Source: Raillietiella orientalis (taxonomy: Eukaryota). Taken from it: 64,000 nucleotides of DNA. Shown one piece after another: positions 51,301-64,000 of this stretch. A program made the position numbers and the translations under genes. The stretch is from the NCBI GenBank assembly GCA_036172245.1, contig JAYWIR010000004.1, positions 4,216,001 to 4,280,000 of the forward strand, written 5' to 3'. The first letter of the stretch is position 1. Every line of letters starts with the position of its first letter. The notes under the pieces were generated by a model. The model did no database searches, was not told where the DNA came from, and was given only the letters and a program-made list of their open reading frames with translations.

Positions 51301-53636
51301 ATAGCTCCCGCATAAGTTTCCTCTGCTTATCAAAGATGCTTAAATCCTCTCACTCTGGTTTCCGTCAGTACTTCGTATTTTCAGATTGGAATAGTAGAAT
51401 TCGAGTTGGAATTTAGTTTCATCTGTTTAGCATCAAAATTCAAGGTCTCCATGATATTCTCCGGAAATTCTTTTTCGAACTCCGAGATCCTTCCGCGCGT
51501 TTCTTCTTGAAGGTACCGACCGTCCACAGCGTTTCCAAGCTTTCTTTTTTCTGTTCCGCAAATCTGCATCTGGAAAGTTGGAATTTCTGTCTTCCACGAG
51601 CTGTGCAGCTCTTACGGAGCTTTAACCAACCGGAGATTCCATTGCTCCCTCAACGTAAAGTGTAAGGAATTCATGGAACACAGTGTGCAGATGGCACGAT
51701 GTCAGCGTCAAACAAGGCAACATGTTACGCGCAACACCAGTGTTCCGTAAAAAATTATGAAAAGTTTACATGATGAAAATTCGAGAATAAATGTCCGTTT
51801 CGGTTTCTTAACCCTTATATTTACTTGCTTAATTTATTCATGGTTAATATCTACCTACGCTATAAAATAACCAAGGTGTTCCGTTAAAATTTCAGGATTT
51901 GTGGAGTGTTACTTCATAGGAAAAGTTTGGGAGACGCTGAAATAAGATATTATCTATGTTGGCATCAATTCTTCGACAAAAAAGAAGTCCTCGGGCTAGT
52001 TAAAGGGATTAGCTAAACTGTAAGCTTTCTAAGGTTTCCGTGGACTTTTCCCATTAGAATCTACTCTTAATTTCAATCTAAAGTGACAGACGGTTTTACA
52101 TGAAAATACGTAATGAAGAACAGAACCCTTTTTGCATTTTTGAGTCACTGAGAGTGACTGCAAGCAGATGATTTCAAGAAAGTACATTAGCTCAATGTAC
52201 TAACGTTTGAAAGCGTTGGATGCAATGGCTTGTGTCCTACTCAACTATTTTTAACAAGACAAAAACGATCACCATGTACTAAACTGTACAGGCAATATCC
52301 GGAGAGTGTGGAGTAATATTAGCGGTTCTCTAAAACGTCAAAAGCGTTTGCGGTTCAGCTATGGAGAATACACAAACAAATAGGATAAGCGATGATAATC
52401 TTATCAACGAGTATTCTCATTAAGCAATTATTTTCTGATTTTCTATCTATGGAATGCGAAGGAACTGAGATGAAAATTTCAAGGTAGGAGAAAGGTACTG
52501 AGACATCCGAATCGAAATGGACGTCGAGTGAGGAAACCAGGCAACTTGAGTTGTTATCGATTGCTCCAGCAGCATGAACTGCAACCATAACATTCTAATT
52601 AGATAGAGCATCCGAAGTACTAAAACTCGACACCCATTCTGGTTGTATTCTTCCTAAAAGACGTCCTGCAAAAAGCATCTGAGGAACAAAATCAATCTGA
52701 GGGAGCTATCGCAAACATCAGAAGGGCAGCTTTTTTGTCGAAGAACCGTTGTCTCCGCAATGAAGACGCTAACATAAATAATGACTTATTTAACTCATGT
52801 CATCTTCCATGAATTCTGATAATAAGTAACTGCATACCATGGTCTCCAGGAAACGAAATTCGTTTGGGAAGCGTACTACCAAGTTGCATCTTTCGTATAA
52901 TGGAGCATCAAACGAGATTTGAAAAGTAAAAGGAATTCCAGCGATAACGTGTAATTTTTATTCACCCTCCCCTCCCCCTCACACACACTTGCACCATCTC
53001 CCAGCATGTAAAAAAGCTATGATCACGGAACATCAGTCTAGAGAAGCACTTCAAACTTGCCAATTCTCATGCTTCTGCTATGATTAACTGGCTAATTACT
53101 TTGTTTTCCTTCAGAAACTTTCGCTTTCATGGCCCAGTGATGCAGCACAAGAACACTCTCTCCATTTGGTCCGTTCAATACCCTATTCTGTTTCTATTAG
53201 CAACACCATGTGCTTTTGGTGAACGAAAGGATCGTGTCCAGGAAGCGAAATTTTAAGACGAAATGCAAGCAGCGTTTGTATATTGAAAAGAAATGGGACC
53301 ACCGCTTCATTTTTCAGCAGTTAGGGAGTGCATTCGATCTCGGAATACAAATTGGTACATTAGTATGTTGGCAACTGGATCAAAAGTAAAAGTTTTCTCG
53401 AGAAGGAGGCGTCTTTAGGAATAGCAAAATTCATGCACCAAGAAAAGAATCTTCTAAACCTGCGGAGGCAAACGGCATCCACAGGCTCTGCCAAATGAAC
53501 CAAAGCAAGCAAGCAGGTCTCCTCCACGTATTCGGAGTTTGTCATCATCAGAATCTCACGTTTTGAGTTTTGAAGAGCGTTTTTCTAGGCTAGAGAATCG
53601 TGGCAGTGGTACAGCGGAAGAACTCCGTTACGTAAC

Positions 53637-54390
53637 TTGGAATCCATAAGGTTTGAGCTTCTATCAAACAAGCGAGATTTTCGAAACGGAGACAACGGCA
53701 GGGGCGTCTCGTTGTTTCATTTCCATCAGCTGCCATGCGATTCGAATCGCAGCCAATTTTGGGGGTTTCTTCGCACCGAAAATTGCTGTCGTTTAGGTGA
53801 ACCTTGCATTGGTGCGGCACCGGCCGGTACTCCTGAACTTCAGAGATCGAAGGTTTACTCCCAGTCCATTCCCGGCCGAAGCGAAGACTCTTCCAGCCGA
53901 GATGCTGCAGTAAAGAGCACCACGGCATTTAACAAAACCGTCGAGGAAGGAAATACCGCGATGGTTATGTAATGTGGGGCTTTTATTTAAGTCCACAAGA
54001 ATTCTCTGCAGAACACAATCTTGGTATTCCATCTTGGCGAAACGCACCTCCAAGGCACTAATTGAAACGCAGAATTTGCAAGTGAACTGCGAACCACTTG
54101 ATTGGCAAAAAGTCTTCTTTGGGCAAATGAGTGGGCCTTAGTTCCTGCTGCTGCTACCACTTGCCCTTTTGGCTTATGGAGTTTTATATCAATACCACGG
54201 TCTGTAGTGATGCTTGGTGACGGAGTTGCACTTGTTACGAGCTCTTCTCTACGATTCCCTTCAAAGAGAAGAAGCTCTTTTGAAGGCGGGTTTTCAGATG
54301 AATACCTGACCATCTCTCGCTGAGCGGAACGAACCACATCGAAGATGCTTTCAACGGGACAGAGAAAAGTCCATGGGATGAAAATCGTTG
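53637..54390 (+). mobile_element. Decayed L1/Tx1 RT domain
   Basis: LLSNKRDFRNGDNGRGVSL, SIPGRS, LQVN, MLGDGVALV, AGFQMN, KVHGM match K.GD...NWRPISL, PGRS, VNG, YADD, SGL.IN, KYLG in order. Confidence 0.55.
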
Positions 54391-57300
54391 TTTCAATACA
54401 CATACTTCCGTAATCGAAACTTTTGTTGTTGAACGTTGGTTATTCCGATTGAATTGTGTGAATTAAATTGTATTTAGCAACTGCGATTTATTAAGTAGTT
54501 TCTTTCAAAGCAGCTAAGAAATTTCGCCTATCTAGAGATAATTGGAATCTTCCCACCTTTGATAATTCGAAGAGACCTTCATCACTTTGATTCGATCCTC
54601 TTGCAACTTCTTGTCCGAAGAGAACATCTCATCTTCGAGAGCATAGCTTTAGATCCTAACGCCTATCCGTGTTTTTATTTCGTTGAAATTCCCATTACTT
54701 CCTCATCACCGTGGAGCATGGATAACTATTAGGGAAACCTACTCCTATTTTTAGAAGCATAAAAGCGAGATAAGGTAAAAAGACGAAAATTCTAACTTCT
54801 ATACATTTGGCAGGACGGACTGACTCATTTTTTCCACTTCTTTTTTTTTTTTTTTTTTCAATTTTTACAAGGATACTTCAGCATACTCCTTCTTTAGGGC
54901 TCTCGGAAGATCTTCGGAAGCAGCAACCGAAAAAAGAGTGTTCTTATTTCTCTTTAGCACAGATGTATTCACTGTATGTTGTTTTTAGCTGTTGACGGTC
55001 CATTTGCACCAGAAAGAGAGAAGTATTGGCAACATGCTGAGTGACAAAAGGGATTGGTAAACGGATTAATTTTTTTTTTCTCTTCTATTCTTTGGGAAGC
55101 AAAACAAAGCAGTGCACTTGTTGGAAGTGCACTGTTTCATTTCAAAAAGCGTCCCCAGGGATAATCGGAACCCATTTCACACCAAAATTCGAAAGTCTTG
55201 CTAGGAAATGAAAACAGAAGTGGGATGCGCGGCTCAATCAGCTTCCAAAACTTACGCGTCTTACGTTTCCAATGAAAAACGAAAAAGTAGCGTCAATTTT
55301 GTTCACGTTTGAAAGAAATGAGACCCAAACTAATAAACTGACCCATCGAAAGACCAGGTTGATCCTTGGATTTGCAGCGTTCCATCTTTGCGTTCACGAG
55401 CAGATGGAGTTTGGAGATTCTTTTAGCATGAAATCAGAGTGGCAGGCTAATCATTTTCGAGATTAGAAAGCACTCTGTTCAACTTTTCTACATCTACAAT
55501 GTTATTTGAATCATTCTAAAGCAACATACCACTCGGAACTCAAGAAATCTGATAAGATTTACCTGCTACCACTTTTTAATTCTTAGGTCCCCCTCTTAAT
55601 CAGTTCTCTCTCAAGATGGAAGTACTCACGTTTAGAACAAACTGTGGGTGACAGCTTGCAAAAGATATGTTAAGAACAAAACAAGTAACATCAGACTAGC
55701 GTGTTCAGAGAATTCACTTTCATCAGATTATGTCTATGTAGGTCACGTGCTCATCATCCCATTTCTCTTCTATTGATATATTGAAAGCCTTTGTCTTGTT
55801 AATATTATTGGATGCCATTTCATAGGGTTTTGAAAAGTCCGTCTTTTGTTAGTGGGTATGGCAATCACGGAAAGATATTTTTTTTTTCTGTAATAGATAT
55901 GTGAAGAACTCTCCATTGCCGGAATATATCTACGTCGTTCTCTGAAGATTCCATTAGTTTAAATTTATCACTGCAGACATTGCGCCGCTTTCGTAACAGG
56001 TTCCTACAGGAAGGATAAGCAAGGATCAAAATAAACACAGGTCCATGAGAAAATCCCGATTTTCCTCGGCTGGATAAAGATTCGATTTCTATGAGGTTTA
56101 CTTTCTCCTAGAAAACGGAGACAGTCTAGGGAGGAAAGTGGTGATTTCAGACGATCATCGCCTCAAGTAAGCAAAAACTCTCAGGCCTTCTTCGTTGGCC
56201 TATCCTTTTACGATTCTACTGGAATTACAACTTAAAGAATTGGAAGGTGACTTGTTGCTCGCATTTCCAAGACTTGGCATGTCTGGATCGACATCCAGAC
56301 TTCCAGATGAAGAACCTATGTCTTGTTAATATTATCATGTTCAAAATCAAAGCTGGTCCATTCTGAGAAGTTCGCAATCATATTGCGAACTACGGGTAGT
56401 TTTCTCCTAAAGAGAAGTCGCCATGGATCCCATGGCTGCCCTGCACTTAAGGACGCATATACTGTGTAGTAAATCTCGAGAAAGATTCTCAGAAAAGCTG
56501 GAGAGAAACTGAAAGTTGCGCGAGATGCACGTCAAAACAAGATCGTAAAATGAGAAGAGTACATTGTATATCAACGAAAGTGATTTTTCATATTGGATTA
56601 TGGAGGCAAAGATACAGTGGACACGAAATTTGCCATTTCATCAAAAGATGGTGATTCGGAAAGCTTCCTCTGCTGCGCACTACACACAGAACGTGCAAGA
56701 ACCATACTGTGAAGGCAGAGTACTGAACACAAGTTGATCAGCCTGTAGTGACCAAACCCTCTCAGAAAATCTTACAACCAGAGAGACCTTCTACATCTTG
56801 TGTCTCATCTCAGAAAGTTGATGGAGCTATCCGGTACTGAAATGACCTTTCCTCACAACATGATTCTCCTCGCACCACTGAAACCAAAAAGGGATGAATC
56901 AAAGACTACATTCATCACGCCATCGTTTCCAATAGTGCTGTCCAAGCTCCTTAAGCTGCTTGCCAACAAAGTCCAGGTTGCGCAAGTGTGACCAAGTGAC
57001 AAACAAAAGATCCAACGCACTGGGCAGCACAATGGATGATACGATTATCGCAACATTGGAATGTAAGTTTCAGCACAGCCGCGTGCCACAAGAGATGGGT
57101 ACCAAAGTGAACTTTGGAAGCAATGGCCACCGCAACCGCGTGATTCGTATATGCCACCGAAGACACAGCAGCAAGGTAAGTGCAGACAGATGCACCGGAG
57201 CAACCGTGGTAACTCGCAAAATCGGCATTCAGTTTCAAAATACAGAGCTTCCACTTCTCCTCTTCTGTGAGCAACACTGCTAAAAAGAACTGCTCGGGAG

Positions 57301-57445
57301 ATGAATTGAACGAAGTATGCCAAACTATTGAAATCTGGTTTCAGCGCCGATGGGACCCATTCGATTTCCTTGTAGGTGTCTGTGTAAAAAGCAATCTACG
57401 AAAGGTCCGCTGACTATGAAGTTCACTGAATAAGTCTCACCCGCA

Positions 57446-58431
57446 TCTTCTCTTTGACAGAAATCTTCCTTGCAAAGGGCTGAAATGTGGAGTCGTCGTG
57501 GCTACGTATCTTGTTCATCGGCACTCGTCTTCCACATCACCTCCACCGTCTTTTAAGGCTCTCTGCCGGAACCAGGCCCTGTGTTTCTTGTCGACACAAG
57601 TCCTCTGAGGTTCGCCGGCGCCTGGCTGAATGCTGAAGAACTGAGGAAAGACTGGGTAGCGCCCCCGTCCGCAAACCGACGCGGGCGCCTGGCTCTCCCC
57701 TGCGCGAGAAAACGGGGGGCGTCTTCTTGCCGTTTCGTCTTCTTGGACGAAACGGCCTTCCGGAGCCGGAAGCGGCGCGCCGTTTGCGCCCTGCTTCGCG
57801 ATGCCGGCGAAAGGAAGGCACGTCCCGCCCGGCTCACCCACCCACCGTCTTTGCTTGCTGGGGAGGCCGTCTTGGATTTCGCCTCGAGAGGTCGCACGAT
57901 GCCACTCGGAGAAGGACCGCTTCTCCGTTCCCGTCTCCAAGAGATCGGTTCTCTTCGCGCGTTTCATCCCCAAGCGCAGTGCGACGTCGCTCGCGTCACG
58001 CCGAGCTGCTGGCAGCTCTTCCCGAGATCTCTCCCGAGATCGTGTGCTGGCTATCGCGAAGCAAACCGTGAGAGGCACAGCTTCCCCCTGGTTCCGGGAC
58101 AACCGATTCCTCCGTCCGCTCCAAGAGTCGGCTCTCCACCTGTCTTTTTTGACCGCTCTCCACGTTCGTCCCGAAAGTGCGGTCTCCGCGAGCGTTATCT
58201 GAGCGCTGCGGGTGTCCGTCGCTGTTTCTTGCTCGGGGACTCTCCCGGAGATCCTGGCGGCTGTGGGTGCAAGTTGTGCTTGTGACGCAATCGGCCATTC
58301 CCACGGCACCCTGAACGCCGATCGCACTGGTGACATCTGAGGGCGCGTTCGGAAACTCCGTGATCGAAGGGTGAAGTCTTCAAAAACGGAAACTCGAAAA
58401 CTGAAGTCGCCATTCCCGCTTGCTTTCAAAG
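57446..58431 (+). repeat. Copy 2 of the ~985-bp LINE ORF1-derived direct repeat
   Basis: Same orientation as copy 1, offset ~50.6 kb; identity runs from tcttctctttgacag to cttgctttcaaag. Confidence 0.9.
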
Positions 58432-61400
58432 ATTTTTGACTTTAGAATTGCATAAGAGGGGTAAAATATACAGCGTATTTCCATAACCTGTACAACAGGA
58501 TCCCTTGGTTCGACTGAGAAGACGTACCAGATATGCTGCACTTCCAACAAACTCAAATTTGACGAACGCTTGGCCGCCATCATGGAAATCAGAGTCTCTC
58601 AGAGAAATTCTCAGAGAAATGTTAGCTTTTTCGCAAATTTATAAAAGTATCACACAGATTATTGCCATTTCGTATTTCATCACACCATTTTCTATCAATT
58701 TTCTACGATTCCACACGTGGAAACATGTAATAGCAAAATAATTCTGCGTGAGAGCGAGCGAATGAATTTTTCAAGATAGATAAAACTACTCTCTGGTGGC
58801 AGATGTAACGAACATTCTCCTCCTTTGCTAGGAGCAGTGATAGAACATGTTCTGATCTCAAGTTCGGAACGTGAAGTGGTTCGTCCTTTTGAAGAAATAA
58901 TTGGACGGTTGGTGCTTGACGACCACATTGATCGAAGGAGAGGTCTGGAAGAACGGCAGAAGCAGGAAAAACTCTAATGATCAACTCAAACATAAGTAAA
59001 GAAATCACCAAGAATTTCCAAGTATCTCAATGATATTGAAGTTGTTCAAATTCTTCCAAGAATTTGTCTTCAGCTCCAAGGAAATACAGCAAGGATTCTA
59101 TTTCAGTATAGACATTGAATAATTGCGACGAAATTGTGGAGTTGGTCTTCCATCGCATCCTTTTACGTCTCTATGGATACTTAAGCAGTGTGAGAAATAG
59201 AATCTGGATGAATTTGTAAGGGGGGAATTTACCGTGGTCAAAGAGCAGGTGCAAGATAATTTCCAGAAAAGAATTACCGGAGAACATGATTACTATTAGT
59301 TAAAAGTTATAGCGATGAGAATTTTTTTATAATCAAATAATTTGATTTACAAAAGGGCAAATATTCAACTATCGAGGTCTTTGAAGCATTCCTTTATCTA
59401 ATGGAAATAAATGGGCTGATTCCTTTTGTGTTTTCGTTTCAGTGATCAAAGAATTCAGCTCACTGGACGAGTTCTATATCTCGATATAAAACGTCTAGAT
59501 GAACTCGTCTCCTTGTGGTCTCAGAAGAACACTCTGCTGCAGACGGCAGACGAGTTTTTAGCTTGCCTCAATCCCTGTTCCTAAGGCACCTTTCCACATT
59601 AATCCACAAGCTTTTGGTCAACTTCGGTTTTCTGAGCTTCGATTCGCGAAACAAACTCACAACGGACCTGAGGAACTTTATTCTCAGCAATTCAGCTATC
59701 CACATTATACAAAAATAAGAAATTCTCACATTTATTTATAGCGCAAATTCTCGATAGTAGTTTTACAGTTTATCTCAGGATTATTTCGAAGTGATTTCTA
59801 GATTCCTTAGTTTTGTTTAGCTTTTTATTTGAACTCATGACAACTGCTTCAAAATATTGCAGTGATCCCATTATCTCTTATAATTACATGTGCTTTGAGT
59901 GTTCCTGAACAGAAGGAATCTGCAATCGCATAAATACGAAATTATATCGTTGTTAAATAATCAGAGAATCTGTTGATCCTTGAGTTATCAATCGTAATAA
60001 AAATCGCTTCCTAGAAGGAAAAAATTTGTTAACAGAAATGTGAAGAAGGAGGGAACTCCCACTTATTAATGGTACAACAGTGCGTACAGACTTAAATCAC
60101 GCGCACTCTGTTGTTATTAATTCAATAGTTAGAATGTAAAACTTTATGAGGACTTTGTTAGTTACCTGAAATTAATTGCCCTGTTTGTTTGTTTTTTCCT
60201 GCCTAAAACCTCCTTTATGGTCGAGAATACAGAGATGACCTGGAGTGTGCCTGAAAGCAATGGACTTTGCCGGTACATTAGTTTCCTGTCTATTGGAGCT
60301 ATTGATCTATATCAGGAGTTTTAGTGAACTTGTCTTCAAGACGTAGTTTATTTGAACGGTTTTTCGGCTCATCACAAATTACGTGGAGACGGAATTTTAC
60401 ATCGTACAGAGCGAAACGTCACTCAGAGGAAGAAATACGAAGGACGAATCACTTTCAAGGACAGTTCGATGCCTTCTCTGAAGTTAATTATGGAATATGA
60501 AACTGTAGGCAAGTGATGAAAATTCATGCAGTATTCCCCTTCATGCATACATTTATCTATTTATGAAATAAAAACTTACGTCATATGTTTGTGTATAAAA
60601 GAAAGTTTCAGCAAAATTATCACACGGCAACCAAGCACAGATCACATGCTTCCGGAGTTCAGAGATAGATATATTCATTTCTCAGTTGACGTAATGAGCT
60701 AATACTATTCAATTTTGAGCTAGAATACTTTAGCCGTACTGCTCGAGCAGATTTAAGGAAGGCATTTACCGTATGTAAACTGCCATTCATCTCACAATTG
60801 GCATGATTTCTTGCAAACTGCAACCAGTAGAGTTTTGGAGAACAGGCGGCCATGTTGGCCAGCTTTCCCTTTGGCTGCTTATCTTCGAACTTTTGTATCG
60901 AAACTCGAACTCTCACAGCACAAAGAACATTATGGGAGAGGAATGCTGGTACATTGCTAGTACATTTCATAGTTGCTATTCCATAATACACGTACAGCAA
61001 GTTTTCTGTTGTTATAGGATATTCTAATAGATTAATAGATTTGTTTTTATATCATTCCGCTTCTTTTCATTAAAAACTTTCTTAAATGGCCTCAATCGAA
61101 AGGTACAAAAGGTTTGGACGCTTACCGATAATGAGATTTTGCATTAAGTGATTGTGAAGTCTCTCAGGAAATAAAGGAATCATGAATTTATGATCAGACT
61201 ATAACTTCAACTATGACTTCAGATTCTTTGCATTCCATAGAAGCAACAGTTCCATAAGAACAACTATAGAAGCATTCTATAGAAGCAGCAAGGAAAATTG
61301 GTTGGGAAACGAACTGCTCTTCTCGGGAGTTGGATGATGTTAAGAAGCTGGAGTCTGAGGTTTAGTCTGAGGTTCTTACCAAGTATCAGAATCTATTTGA

Positions 61401-62000
61401 TATGTCTTTGATCTCTGTTTTTGAACACATCAACCTTCAGAACTGTATTTGAACTTCATAGAGGTGTTCCGTATTCCTAGGACAGGAGCAATCGAGATTT
61501 TTCTTATAGACGCAGTGTTTTATGTGCTTTCGATTTTTCAGAATCACAATACATTTCGATGACGGGGTTTTGGTAGCATCAATGCAGCTATGTTCAGAGT
61601 CTTGGCATCTACCCAGAGGTTCATGTTCCAGACATTCAATGAGGAGGCGGAATCATACGGCATATTATATATTGGCATATGTAAAATCGACCAGGCATTT
61701 TGGGTAAATTACAATGATGTCTTCTTTCCCGTTGTTTGCCGGGAACCAACGTTGTTCTTCAAAACGTGGACAATGATGGATGGAAAATAAATAAACACGG
61801 ATAAGTTTTAATCTTTTGACTGAAAAGCCGGCTGATTGAAAAGAGAAAAACTGTTTGCGTTCCAACACTGAGAGCTCAGATGAATTACAATGACTGCGAC
61901 TCATATAACATAAAGATTTGGAACGGTAACTAAAAACAAAAGGTGTTCAGACCCAATAACTGGAAAACTTCTAAACACCGGAAATAACAAGTGCATAAAG

Positions 62001-62029
62001 TTTTTTTTTTTTTTAAAAAAAAAAAAAAA
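62001..62029. repeat. T14-A15 self-complementary homopolymer junction
   Basis: Read directly. Confidence 0.8.
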
Positions 62030-62619
62030 GCACATAATTTTCCTCTTCAATGGTCGTTAATTCTTTCTCTAAAATTACAGACTTCGATTTCTCTGTTTGC
62101 TCTTTCCTTTGTTCTCATGCAAATTTGAAAATGTTTTGCAGCTTAGAAAGAACGCTTGCATTTGTTGCCCTCAAGGTACAAAGAGAATTCCCATAGTCTC
62201 TTTGAGAGAAATCTTTCCCGTGCCGACGGTCCAGGTTAACCAAAATATGCCGAAATGTCAAATGGCGAATTGCGTCAAAAGCCAAAAAAATTCAACCCAT
62301 CGGCGATTCGTCAAGATGTGCGAGCGTGTTCCTTTCTTCCTCTTTCTTTTTTCACTAAAAAACAATCATTCCTTTCATTCCTTTAAATACACTGGTCCAG
62401 ATTCAAATGGACGCTTCATATCCGTGCTAACACAGGATTCTTCCGTGCCCTGAACACATTTTTTACCCAGAATCGGATGCGAAATGTTGAGTAGTCAAAA
62501 GTGCGTGCCAACACGAGCCGGACTTCCGTGATCGCTTCTCCAATCTCTGGGATTTATATGTATTTTCAAGGATATAGTATGACAAGGAGATAGGCGAGAA
62601 ATGGGCTCCCATGATCACG

Positions 62620-62962
62620 AAAGAAGTGCAAATGTCTCTCAAAAAACAGCAAGTATCGAGGAATGACTCTCGGCTTTGCCTCCGAGGGAGGTCTGCCGTT
62701 GTAGGAGCAACTTGGGCACGGGGAAGTGATGAAATGTACCGGGGAATGCAAGCATCCCAGGAGGCAGGAGGATGCGCGTCAGGAAGGAGGCGGTGTGCTC
62801 GGACACCCAGCATTCCTCAGGTGTAGTGGAAACATCGGATGGGTAACCGCCCTTGGTGCGAGAATATCCGTGAATCACAGAGGAAGGAGGCACGGGCAAT
62901 GGAGATTCTGGAGGCTTCTCCCCTTCATCTATCCATATCTATTTTGGGAACTACAAAGATAG
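62620..62962 (+). mobile_element. Decayed L1/Tx1 ORF2 3' fragment
   Basis: VLGHPAFLRC...W...FWRLLPFIYPYLFWELQR (eroded CCHC then IW..R); GC-rich island. Confidence 0.45.
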
Positions 62963-63539
62963 CGGGGTCTCTGTTTTCCACAATCCGAGGATATTTTTTT
63001 ACATAAGGAAGAATTTCAATAACCTATCTTGGAGGAAATTTACCTCAAAAGAAGTCGCAAATGCTTGTGGAAAGTTCAGCGTTAGACATCGCCACGGCTA
63101 CGGAGTCATTCTTGACATGGTAATCAGATCACTGTCGTCACGACAATTTCTCTATCCCATGCGAGGAACTGGTTTGCTTGGCAACAGGATGTTTCCCGGA
63201 AGTACGAACCTAAGTGCTCATAAATTCTTTATGCATTCTGCAGCTGCGTACTCGGATGATGCCACCAGGTCCTTCATCTCCGTTAGGGATTTCAACTTTC
63301 CAGAACACCTAGGCTCAACTGCCGCTACCTTTTTTAAGATGCGGTGGCTTATCTATCACCGACAGAGAGATCTAATCGAGTCTGAGCTTCTGTTTCCCAC
63401 GGAATCTCGTTCCTCTTTTCATTAGCGAGAATTCTTTAGCAGCCCTGGTTCACGTCTGGCTTGAGCCAAGCGCTCGGAGCTTGGAAGGTGGGAGCTTTGA
63501 AAAAGTTCGATTGCTTCAGCGGAAGGAGCTTTCAGTGGA

Positions 63540-63900
63540 ACCTCAGCGGCGGAAGAAAGGCCACACTGAGTGGAAGAGCGAAACAGATGGGATAGCGCGC
63601 CATCTTGAAAGTGGCCACCAGTCTTCACATATCCATGTTGCCGAGTCACACCAGTTTTCCTTTCTCCTTCCCCCCCCCACTCTCAGTTCAGGCGGCGGCT
63701 GAATTTCACCAAGGCGGTCCCTGGTACGTCTGTTTGTCGATCTGGGGAGAGAGGAAAGCAACCAAGCGGTTGAAAGGGAGAGGAAGCCTTGACATGGCCG
63801 CCGCCGCGACTCGCGCAAGGGAAAGCGAGGAAGAGCGGCGAATAGACTCCGTTAGGCTGGAAGGAGACGTCTCCAGGAGAGAGGAGGAGATGAGATCACG
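63540..63900 (-). mobile_element. Possible decayed LINE ORF1 fragment
   Basis: IQPPPELRVGG...ICED / GGHFQD resembles IP..L.VG...C..C...GH. Confidence 0.35.
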
Positions 63901-64000
63901 ACGACAGTCGAGCTGCGCGTCGTCAGAAGAGAAGGAACAGCAACAGATCTTTTTTTTTTTTTTTTTTTTTTTACTTCCCCCTTCTCTTTATAGAAGAGGA

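Noticed and set aside
1..64000. Prokaryotic systems (CRISPR, operons, IS elements)
   Set aside because: No regularly spaced repeats, low coding density, eukaryotic splice and poly(A) signals

Overview
Eukaryotic (animal-like) genomic DNA of moderate GC. It has GT-AG splice signals, AATAAA signals, poly-T tracts and very low coding density. I saw no prokaryotic operons, rRNA, tRNA or CRISPR. Three things dominate. (1) A cluster of long, nearly Cys-free orphan coding exons with a shared 'signal peptide / acidic pro-region / polybasic furin-type site / basic amphipathic-helical domain' design. Two are complete single-coding-exon genes (2309-3445 +, 39368-41296 -). Two are paralogous terminal exons without a signal-peptide start (16228-17366 -, 18554-20334 -) that begin at phase-1 acceptors. 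A signal-peptide exon with a phase-1 donor (31626-31887 -) could feed both. (2) Many decayed L1/Tx1-like LINE fragments (endonuclease, RT, ORF1 zinc knuckle, C-terminal CCHC) on both strands. (3) A near-identical ~985-bp GC-rich direct repeat (6861-7845, 57446-58431), apparently derived from a degenerate LINE ORF1, bracketing most of the cluster. All family assignments are by eye from motifs; no database search was run.
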